Positions 7,186-14,478 of a stretch of DNA of 14,478 bases are shown one piece after another; within the stretch, counting starts at the first letter, position 1; the number at the start of each line of letters is the position of its first letter. Below the pieces are notes generated by a model. That model had not been told where the DNA came from. It did no database searches and worked only from the letters and a program-made list of their open reading frames with translations. Source of the stretch: Elusimicrobiota bacterium (GTDB lineage: Bacteria; CG03; SLGR01; JAGXOG01). The stretch is from contig JBNJDT010000039.1 in assembly GCA_051745145.1 (NCBI GenBank), positions 1 to 14,478 on the forward strand, written 5' to 3'. The position numbers and the translations under genes were made by a program.

Positions 7186-9324
7186 TTATGAAAGGCCTGC
7201 CTGTCTTCTCAATAACCATTCTCCGAGTATAATTAACATAAACAGAATATATACCGGCAATTCATACCACTCATATCGCATTATGACATCCTGTTTTTCA
7301 GCATGTATCTGATTTAAATTAGCCCTTATCTTATCTGTATTTACATTTCCGGCTATAAAATATTCACCTCCTGATTTTTCAGCCATGGTTCTTAAAAGTT
7401 CGCTGTTTAGGGATAAATTTATCATCTCTTTATCTATGTATTTCCCCCTAAAAGTTTCTTTATTTTTCCCCAGAAGCCGGCCATCTTTATAGGCCCTGGC
7501 CTCGATTTCATAAGTCCCGCTTTCCTCAACCGGCACACTGGCTTTGTACCACCCTTTTTCAGATGTTGATTCTATCTTACCCGGAGGTATAGTTTTACCC
7601 GAAGGCGACTTTATCTCAAGCCTTATCCGGGCCCCATCCAAGGGCTCCCAGTATTTATCCACCACATTAATATTTAATTTTATATTTTCCCCTAAACTGA
7701 CAGTTTTGCGGCCCGGAAAAATCCTGACTTTATCCTGTCCTCCGGATTTTATCATAAATCTTATTACATTGTGCCAGAACTGGTTGTAATAATAGGGCGT
7801 TTTCCCCTGTCCGGAAAGTCCAAGGCACCACCGCCAGGTGGTATTGGCATTTAAAGCCATTGTCCGTCCCTGTCCCCTTTCCCCAACTGTCAATATGGGA
7901 TTTCCCCGGTTATTCTCTATTAAAACAGTGGACTCTTCTTTAGGGGAAAGAGAATTATCGTACCCCTCCAGCTCGGGCATTTCCCTCCATACGTTCCTGG
8001 ATATTTTTTCATCGCCGGCCAGATCAAGTACCGGATGACCTATTGACTCTTTTATAACCGGCCGGAATTTTTCAACAACCCATTTTGAATTACGGTTGCC
8101 CAGCCCTACAGGCAATAACTCCTGAATAGGAGTTCCCCGGTAATCTCCCCGGCCGAAAGAATTTTTACCTCCGGTCATAATAAATCCTCCCCCCTGTAAA
8201 ACAAATTTTTTAATATGTTCCAGATAACCGGCGGGGAAAAATCGGCTGTACTTAAAATTATCGTATATTAAAAGATCAAAATCATAAATCTTTCGGGTAA
8301 ACATTTCCCTGGCCGGAAACTGTATCAATGAAAGTTCTCTTTCCGGAACTATGGTAACGTTGTCCGGATTACGGAGAATTAAAAACGTAGTTAAATCTAT
8401 ATAGGGGTCGGACTTAACCAGCCTTCTAAAAAACGCATACTCCGTGCTGGGAGTGCCGGCCACATAGAGAACTCTGATTTTTTTTCTTTTTACGGTAAGA
8501 GGAAAATTCCGGGTATTATTTATTGTACTCCGTTCCCCCTCTAAAGCTTCTACCGTTAATTTATATTCGCTGAGCCCGATTTTATCGGAACTTATGTCCA
8601 TGGCCACCGGAATTTCTTTTCTCCCTTTCAGCTCAATATTTTTTCTGGCCGCTATTCCCCGGGGGCCTTCGATATATGCTACAGTATTTTCCATTGACCG
8701 GGACATATTTAAAAGGTTAAATTCTATCCGGATATCATCTCCTCTGAAACCGAAACCCGGGTTTTTAAAATCCGTTATTTCCAAGTTAGGTATTTTTCTG
8801 TCTATATCTACCCCCACCGGAAAAACGGGGCTGTATGTTAACCGATTTAGAACTAACGGGGATTTTCCCTCGTTGTACCTTCCGTCAGTCAATATTATGC
8901 GGGAATCCAATTTTTTTTCTTTTACCACATTTTCCAGATTAGTAGATTTCTCCCGGGATAAATTCACCTTTGTCTCCAAACTTTTAAAATCCGTTTCCCG
9001 GGCTTTATCCGAAAACTCATATACTTTAACCCGGCTTATATCCGAGAGAGAATCTTTTATTCTGCGGGCATCCTCCAGTATTTTTTGAAATTTATTTCCC
9101 GGCTCCATACTCCCGGAAGTATCTAAAAATATCCCCACCACTGGTTGATCTTTATTCTCTTCTTTTAATACTACCGAGGGTTCCATTAAAGCTGTAAAAA
9201 CAAGTATATACCCTATAAATCTGAGCCAGGACCATTTATTCCGGGGAGGCAAAAGGTTAACTGCCAGCCCCCCGGCAAGTAATACAAATACAACAGCAGA
9301 CTGAACTGTAAAATCCAGATTCAT
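7186..9324 (-). CDS. Membrane protein with vWA (MIDAS), Ig-like and GATase1-like domains and a C-terminal TM anchor
   Basis: 712 aa: two N-terminal TMs; MIDAS DTSGS (9109-9123)...T...LTDG; RVLYVAG.P..EY.F.RR, FVLQGGGFIMTGG..SF, GQGR and TWRW motifs; C-terminal TM followed by EWLLRR. ATGA overlap with the upstream gene. Confidence 0.8.
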   Translation of the reverse strand: MNLDFTVQSAVVFVLLAGGLAVNLLPPRNKWSWLRFIGYILVFTALMEPSVVLKEENKDQPVVGIFLDTSGSMEPGNKFQKILEDARRIKDSLSDISRVKVYEFSDKARETDFKSLETKVNLSREKSTNLENVVKEKKLDSRIILTDGRYNEGKSPLVLNRLTYSPVFPVGVDIDRKIPNLEITDFKNPGFGFRGDDIRIEFNLLNMSRSMENTVAYIEGPRGIAARKNIELKGRKEIPVAMDISSDKIGLSEYKLTVEALEGERSTINNTRNFPLTVKRKKIRVLYVAGTPSTEYAFFRRLVKSDPYIDLTTFLILRNPDNVTIVPERELSLIQFPAREMFTRKIYDFDLLIYDNFKYSRFFPAGYLEHIKKFVLQGGGFIMTGGKNSFGRGDYRGTPIQELLPVGLGNRNSKWVVEKFRPVIKESIGHPVLDLAGDEKISRNVWREMPELEGYDNSLSPKEESTVLIENNRGNPILTVGERGQGRTMALNANTTWRWCLGLSGQGKTPYYYNQFWHNVIRFMIKSGGQDKVRIFPGRKTVSLGENIKLNINVVDKYWEPLDGARIRLEIKSPSGKTIPPGKIESTSEKGWYKASVPVEESGTYEIEARAYKDGRLLGKNKETFRGKYIDKEMINLSLNSELLRTMAEKSGGEYFIAGNVNTDKIRANLNQIHAEKQDVIMRYEWYELPVYILFMLIILGEWLLRRQAGLS

Positions 9325-10067
9325 CGACCTTTTTTCCTCTCAATATGAGGCCGGTGAACCGGATCAGTTTTGTAAGTGCCGGAAACAGAATATATCAAAA
9401 TATTAAGCGTTAACTTCAGCGCTTCCTTTCTCTGGGAAAGTTTTCCGGGCAACAGATCATATTTAAAATTACCCGCCCGGTCCCTGGGCCACACCCCGGG
9501 CAGATCATTATCCGATTTTATTATTCCAAAACGGGAATCCAGTTTAATACCCTCCAAATAGGGCACATTAATATCCCTTCCCGAGACAAAATCAATAAGA
9601 TAGAAAGACTTAAATACTGCGCTGTCATTGGGTATTTTCGTGAAATCTCTGGAAGGAAAAACTTTTTCAATAGTCCTGTCCACCGATTTACTGAATGCCT
9701 CATCTCCGGCAGTATCTATAAATAGTATACCTCCCCCTCTTATATACCGTCTTAAATTTTCGATTTCACCGGCACTGAATTCCGGATAACTTCCCCGCCC
9801 TGTAAAAAGTAAGAAAGGGGAATAAAATAAAAGATTATCATTTAAAGTAATTATCCTTCTTTCTTTTATCATATTTATGGAAGTTGTATTGGTAAGATAC
9901 TTATAGACCGGTTCAAACATACCCGGATAAGGATCCCAGTTTCCGGAATATTTTAACTGGGCCAGTACAAATTTATTCCCCTGTCCCTGACCGAGTAAAA
10001 CCGGACACATACTTATAAATAATATACCGGCGATAATTATTTTTTTATGTAGTGATTGTTTTTTCAT
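9321..10067 (-). CDS. DUF4159 domain-containing exported protein
   Basis: 248 aa: signal-peptide-like N-terminus; LKYSGNWDP, PFLLFTG, ENLRRYIRGGGILFID, FKSFY, NDL..W and NILIY..SG.YK.D.VH motifs. Confidence 0.8.
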   Translation of the reverse strand: MKKQSLHKKIIIAGILFISMCPVLLGQGQGNKFVLAQLKYSGNWDPYPGMFEPVYKYLTNTTSINMIKERRIITLNDNLLFYSPFLLFTGRGSYPEFSAGEIENLRRYIRGGGILFIDTAGDEAFSKSVDRTIEKVFPSRDFTKIPNDSAVFKSFYLIDFVSGRDINVPYLEGIKLDSRFGIIKSDNDLPGVWPRDRAGNFKYDLLPGKLSQRKEALKLTLNILIYSVSGTYKTDPVHRPHIERKKGR

Positions 10068-10141
10068 TAAAAATTTTCCGTATTTTTGAACTTATTCGTC
10101 TATCTTTTTTCCGCTGGATTTTTAATTGAGTGATCTTAATA

Positions 10142-10170
10142 ATAATAATATATTAATTTATAATTTCCAA
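10142..10170 (-). promoter_or_regulatory. Putative sigma70 promoter for the DUF4159-vWA-DUF4175 operon
   Basis: Minus strand TTGGAA (10165-10170) - 17 bp - TATTAT (10142-10147). The region is very AT-rich, so a chance match is possible. Confidence 0.4.
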
Positions 10171-10200
10171 CTTTTTAAAAATTTCACTGTTAAATAACAA

Positions 10201-11076
10201 CTACCCTTTTATAAGGAGTACGGATATAAAAGACGTTATTATAGCCAGTATTATTTTATGGGTAAATTTTTCCTTATAAAAGATCCGGGCCAGTATAATT
10301 GAAACTATCATAGCCAGTGAAAAAATCCCCTGAACCAAAGATAGGGGCCCTAATTCCCAGGCTTTTAAAATCATGTAGTAACCGCTGAAATTAAGTAATC
10401 CTATAACGACCCCCAAACCTATAATTCCCGGTTTTATATCTTCATAAACCGGGGCCGGACTAATAAGATATCGTTTTGTAAGATAAGTATAGACAAATAC
10501 AAAAGAGTAGGACAAAAATATATAATTAATTTTAGGCACCCGGGTCGAAGCTAATTTACCCACGGTTATGGAAAAAGAGACCACTAAAGCAGCGGTAATA
10601 ATTATAATAATTCCTTTAGTTTTTAATTCTTTTCTTTTATCAGATTTCTCTTTGCCGGCAGTTGAAAGAAGCATTACTGTGAAAAATGCCAGCAGCATAC
10701 CCAGGTACTGTTGACCGGTCGGGCGTTCCCCTAAAAATACTACGCCTATTAAAATCACAAAAGCAGTATTTAATTTATCCAGGGGCATGGCTATATTTAC
10801 GGGTATATACCTGAGGGCGGTAATTTTTAATACCGTACCCGCGGCAAAGAAAAAAGAGTTCAACGCGGCAAATAAAAACAGATATTTTAAAGCCCCGATT
10901 TCAACTGTTAAATTGCCCGTAAAGATGAGAAAGGCAAGAGAAATTAAAGAGACGGACAGGGCCTGAAAATGGAGCAGTTTTAAGCCCGAATAATTTCGCC
11001 GGGTACCTAACTTATAAAGTACATTTATCGTACCGTATATAATAGTTGCCAAAAGAACATAAACAAACCAGGTCAT
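10201..11076 (-). CDS. EamA / drug-metabolite transporter (DMT) superfamily protein
   Basis: 291 aa, about ten hydrophobic segments in two repeats ending VFLGERP and IFYKEKF, typical of duplicated EamA domains. Confidence 0.88.
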   Translation of the reverse strand: MTWFVYVLLATIIYGTINVLYKLGTRRNYSGLKLLHFQALSVSLISLAFLIFTGNLTVEIGALKYLFLFAALNSFFFAAGTVLKITALRYIPVNIAMPLDKLNTAFVILIGVVFLGERPTGQQYLGMLLAFFTVMLLSTAGKEKSDKRKELKTKGIIIIITAALVVSFSITVGKLASTRVPKINYIFLSYSFVFVYTYLTKRYLISPAPVYEDIKPGIIGLGVVIGLLNFSGYYMILKAWELGPLSLVQGIFSLAMIVSIILARIFYKEKFTHKIILAIITSFISVLLIKG

Positions 11077-11088
11077 TGATTTATATCA

Positions 11089-14000
11089 TTATTCCAGATG
11101 AGCCACTATCTTTTTAACTTTTCCGTTTCTGACATCCAGGGAGGTCTCTTCATCCAGCTCTTTGGAGCTAAACTCTTTTTCCCGGGAATCATTGTACATA
11201 ACTTTCAAAGACTTAATTTCTACACTGTCTTTTCCGAAAGTATCCTTCCGTTCCGGGTTTTTATAAATTACCAGGGTCTTTCCCAAAAATTTAAATCCGA
11301 AACTGTTTTCGGGAACGGTTACTTCCTCATACTCGGTGCGGGAAGTATAAAATTTCCTCTTCTTTTCGTCTTTGGTGAAAAGCCATCCGGGGATGACCGG
11401 AGAAAGGGATAATCTGAGCTTTCCGTCTTTGTCTTTGTAAAACGGTTCATGTCCGGCACATATTATACTCCACATATTTATAAATTCACAGGTCGAGCCG
11501 CTCAGCCTGGCCTGGAGACCCTGCCCGTGCATCTTTTCATCGTCAAAAGCGCTGGATACCATAAAGGAGACATTTTCCAAAATGCTCCTACCGTAAACTT
11601 TGGGGTCCAAAAAGGGCATTATGCTGTTTTGGATATCTTCAAAAAACTCCTCGTAGAGCCCGCTTTTTAAAAGCTCCAGCAGATATTTAAAAAGCATATG
11701 GGTGTACAGGGATTCGTTCTCTATCCATCCCCGGCCCCAGGCCTTTATCCGCCCTATCTCATAACTTTCGTCTTCCAGGGATTCGTTATTCCGGTAGGAT
11801 TTAAGTTTCTCATCAAAAAGCCTGCTCTCTCTTATGTTCTGGTATAGTTCTTTGGCTCTTTGTGGATAGACCTTTAAAAAATGAACCGGCCCTTCTAAGA
11901 AGGGGGTCACCGGTCTTTGACGGCTATCCTTAATTTTTACCAGGTCATGCCCGTCTTTATCCTTTTTTCCGGTTAACTCCCAGTCCGTAGCGTCGTTGAT
12001 AAAATAAGTATAAGGAATACCTTCCTCATTAAAAATTTTATCCTCGTTTTCTTTTGAAAAAATATCGTTGAGCACGGTTATGCATTTATCGAGAAAAGAC
12101 TGAATTTCTTTAAATGAAATTTCTGCTTCCCTTCCGGAAACTCCCGTGGAAGTTTTTTCTCTGTACTTCTCTTTTATATCGTGGGACTTTTCCCAGAATT
12201 TAAATTTCGCCTCATCCGAACTGTCCTTTATCCTGTCCTCCAGGGCCGGGCTCAGCCAGTCAATAAATGCTTTTAGCTCTTCATAAATTTTTATTTTATT
12301 CTGTTTACCGGTTTCTATTTCTTCAAGGCTCTCCTTTAAAAACCGGCAGTATCTTTGAAGCTGAAGAGAATGGCAAAGAGATGAACCCAAAATTCCCGGA
12401 AGCCCGTTTATAGAATCGTTCCACCCCGGTTTATTGGCTTCCAGCTCATACCCGTTATTTTCAGGATCAAGGGTGGCCATCCTGTTTACTATAAGAGAAA
12501 GAAGTTTAACTATGAGGTTGGTATTATACACTTCCCCGACTCCGTATTTGGTTCTAACTTTACGGGGTTCCTCTTCCCGGAGCTCAATTTCCTGGATTCT
12601 TTCTTCCTTTCTTTCCACCGCTTCGTACTGTCTGACCTTGCCGTCATCGAGAATATACTTTTTATCCCGGGGAAGAACATTGTCCGGATTATCATAAAAG
12701 GTATATCCTTCATCCAAAAGCAGGTCTTTTAATTTATCCGGAAAAACCCTAAGATAACTCTCTATAAGGTCCAGGTTGTAACACCAGTGATCCACCCAGT
12801 AACCCAGCTTATCGTGAAGATCTATTACAATATTCTGGGCCGAAAATTTAAGGATCGATTCGGCTACATGTTCGGGGTCCACGGATATTTCTGGACTGTC
12901 CGCGGCCATGGCTACCTCTCCGGGCATAAATTCCCGGGATGTTATATCCAGGATATCTTTTTGGATATCTTCTGAATCAATATTTTCTTTAAGCCAGTCA
13001 TTTAATTTTTCTTTTTCCTTTAAAGAATAGGTAATCGATCTAACTTCTATGGGGTTGTACCCGTCGGTCTGCATGGCGTTTAAGAAAAACTTGATATTGG
13101 AGTCTCCCACCTCGGGTATAAAGAAATTATCCAGCCTTCTGTTTTGAATTATACATCTGTAATGGCCGTTACCCTGGGAGTAGTAAGTGGGCTCTAAAAC
13201 AAAATCATGGTAATCCCTCTCTAAATCTCCGTTCTGCCTGGAGTAAAGATAGAAAGCTTTTTTACCCCGGGCGGTCTCGAACACCACGGGCATGCCCCCT
13301 CTTAATATGTTATCTAAAAAAGTCTGTCCGCAGTACTGGTCAAATTCTTCCGCTCCCGATGCGGTGAACATGCTGTTTTTAATTGAGTCTATTATCTGCT
13401 TTTTCTCCGCCTGTTTTTCCCTGTAGTACCGGGCAGATGAGTAGTTTTTCATAAATTTATCCAGCTGCTCTTCACTGCCGGTATAACCCACGGCTGAATA
13501 AATTTCTATCTTTTCGTCCGGTTTGAGTTCCCGTTCAATACCCGTAAAAGCGGACGGTGTTCTGTTCCGTCTGATCTGTTCCTTACCGGTTAACTGTTCT
13601 ATGGTTTTATTTTTAAAATTATAGGGATTTTCATATTCGCAGGTATCCCCGAACACAGATTCAGGGTCAACTATATAGTTATCTAATATCCCCTGATCTG
13701 GAGTAAACGAAAAATAAAAATTTTTGCCGTCCAGAATCTCGATTTCGGGTTTATCCTCGGGATCTATTTTCAGTTTGTAAGTGGGAATCCCTTTAAAATC
13801 ATATACCTTCATCAGCCCTTCTATATGCCGGGGGATAACATTCACCCCGTGTCTGTCCACCCCGTAGGGCAAAATCCGGGGCAGCCCGTCAATAATTTCT
13901 ACATTCCGGGTCTTCTCCCCTAAGTTTGTAACTTCGGTTTTCCGTAAAAGAGCGGGTATTTTTTCCCCGGGAAGCTGGAAATAAGTGACCTCCGTCTTCA

Positions 14001-14388
14001 ACCCTTTTTTCTCATTTATATCCTCAAGTACAATTTCATGGGAGGCCACATACATTTTCTGTCGGATATGGCTTTTTTCCGGACTCTGTTTTTTAAACGG
14101 TTCATAAACTTCCCCGTCAACTTTTATAAAAGTTCTGAAACCCTGGAGCCCGGTAACTTCCCTGGCCTTGTTAAAAGAGAGAAACTCCATTATCTGGTGA
14201 TCTTTATTTTTTACCCCCAGGCTGCACACGGCCTGGTTGCGGTTTATATAATACCCCCACATAGGCGTACCCAGCCGGCCGCCTATACCGGGAAAGAAAC
14301 TGGCAAAAGCCTTGGCGTGGTTATAATTCTCTATTTCAAATCTGCCCCGGCTGTCAAGATTATATTGTACATCGTTATTTAGTCCCAT
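11089..14388 (-). CDS. Glycoside phosphorylase, GH161-like (beta-1,3-glucan phosphorylase family; often auto-annotated 'cellobiose phosphorylase')
   Basis: 1099 aa, no signal peptide. Motifs: FASFFPGIGG..G.PMW.YY.NR.Q, GFRTFIK, DNILRGG, GDLERDY, YSQGNG, GYW.DHW.YNLDL, KPGWND..NGLPG (putative catalytic Asp; 12415-12432), GWIENES..HM and ARLSGST.EF..MW. Confidence 0.8.
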   Translation of the reverse strand: MGLNNDVQYNLDSRGRFEIENYNHAKAFASFFPGIGGRLGTPMWGYYINRNQAVCSLGVKNKDHQIMEFLSFNKAREVTGLQGFRTFIKVDGEVYEPFKKQSPEKSHIRQKMYVASHEIVLEDINEKKGLKTEVTYFQLPGEKIPALLRKTEVTNLGEKTRNVEIIDGLPRILPYGVDRHGVNVIPRHIEGLMKVYDFKGIPTYKLKIDPEDKPEIEILDGKNFYFSFTPDQGILDNYIVDPESVFGDTCEYENPYNFKNKTIEQLTGKEQIRRNRTPSAFTGIERELKPDEKIEIYSAVGYTGSEEQLDKFMKNYSSARYYREKQAEKKQIIDSIKNSMFTASGAEEFDQYCGQTFLDNILRGGMPVVFETARGKKAFYLYSRQNGDLERDYHDFVLEPTYYSQGNGHYRCIIQNRRLDNFFIPEVGDSNIKFFLNAMQTDGYNPIEVRSITYSLKEKEKLNDWLKENIDSEDIQKDILDITSREFMPGEVAMAADSPEISVDPEHVAESILKFSAQNIVIDLHDKLGYWVDHWCYNLDLIESYLRVFPDKLKDLLLDEGYTFYDNPDNVLPRDKKYILDDGKVRQYEAVERKEERIQEIELREEEPRKVRTKYGVGEVYNTNLIVKLLSLIVNRMATLDPENNGYELEANKPGWNDSINGLPGILGSSLCHSLQLQRYCRFLKESLEEIETGKQNKIKIYEELKAFIDWLSPALEDRIKDSSDEAKFKFWEKSHDIKEKYREKTSTGVSGREAEISFKEIQSFLDKCITVLNDIFSKENEDKIFNEEGIPYTYFINDATDWELTGKKDKDGHDLVKIKDSRQRPVTPFLEGPVHFLKVYPQRAKELYQNIRESRLFDEKLKSYRNNESLEDESYEIGRIKAWGRGWIENESLYTHMLFKYLLELLKSGLYEEFFEDIQNSIMPFLDPKVYGRSILENVSFMVSSAFDDEKMHGQGLQARLSGSTCEFINMWSIICAGHEPFYKDKDGKLRLSLSPVIPGWLFTKDEKKRKFYTSRTEYEEVTVPENSFGFKFLGKTLVIYKNPERKDTFGKDSVEIKSLKVMYNDSREKEFSSKELDEETSLDVRNGKVKKIVAHLE

Positions 14389-14392
14389 ATTT

Positions 14393-14400
14393 CCTCCTTA
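14393..14400 (-). promoter_or_regulatory. Shine-Dalgarno sequence of the phosphorylase gene
   Basis: Minus strand TAAGGAGG-AAAT-ATG. Confidence 0.85.
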
Positions 14401-14446
14401 AATTAGTTATAAATTTTCTGTCGATTAAACTTTTGTTAGAATTATT

Positions 14447-14475
14447 ATGATATTTTTTAATCTCATTTAAGTCAA
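14447..14475 (-). promoter_or_regulatory. Putative sigma70 promoter for the phosphorylase-EamA operon
   Basis: Minus strand TTGACT (14470-14475) - 17 bp - TATCAT (14447-14452). Confidence 0.6.
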
Positions 14476-14478
14476 ATA

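Noticed and set aside
10105..10150. Mini-hairpin TCC-GCT-GGA with T runs, and an (AAT)4 tract
   Set aside because: The stem is too short for a terminator, and the microsatellite is unremarkable in AT-rich intergenic DNA.
9521..12713. Nested minus-strand ORFs 9521-9703 and 12510-12713
   Set aside because: Short alternative-frame ORFs inside intact genes; the host frames are uninterrupted, so there is no sign of frameshifting.
492..14382. All short plus-strand ORFs in the track (e.g. 3162-3482, 8594-9088, 11098-11412, 14038-14382)
   Set aside because: They lie antisense to well-supported genes, have Ser/Phe/Ile-rich shadow composition, and show no recognisable motifs.
11089..14388. Calling the large enzyme a GH94 cellobiose phosphorylase or a GH149 enzyme
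   Set aside because: Its length and motifs (KPGWND..NGLPG, GDLERDY) match my recollection of GH161 rather than GH94 or GH149 (RPEWNDANNAL, GDPSRPWN).
1..14478. Taxonomic assignment (PilC/PilT reminiscent of Elusimicrobiota-like lineages)
   Set aside because: Impression only; it needs a homology search or marker genes.
1..14478. CRISPR array, tRNA/rRNA, IS element, prophage or defence system
   Set aside because: No spaced direct repeats, RNA-gene signatures, transposase, integrase or nuclease motifs were seen; intergenic gaps are short and mostly explained by promoters.

Overview
An AT-rich (roughly 38-42% GC by eye) bacterial chromosomal segment with nine protein-coding genes, all on the minus strand. 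In transcription order (right to left): a 1099-aa GH161-type glycoside phosphorylase, an EamA/DMT transporter, a tightly coupled envelope-protein trio (DUF4159, vWA + GATase1-like membrane protein, DUF4175-like coiled-coil protein), coaD, an unusually short phosphotransacetylase, pilT and pilC. I saw no RNA genes, CRISPR arrays or mobile elements. Sigma70-like promoters with 17-bp spacers sit in most intergenic gaps; two imply leaderless or near-leaderless mRNAs (pta, coaD). Most notable: (1) the phosphorylase keeps its catalytic and phosphate motifs but appears to have a remodelled sugar-binding site and is paired with an EamA transporter; (2) CCGG is about 6-10x over-represented in the two genes counted; (3) the DUF4159/vWA/DUF4175 module lacks its usual MoxR/DUF58/BatA partners; (4) the Pta lacks the CoA 3'-phosphate-binding segment and lies beside coaD. 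Family assignments and consensus comparisons come from motif recognition and memory, not database searches.
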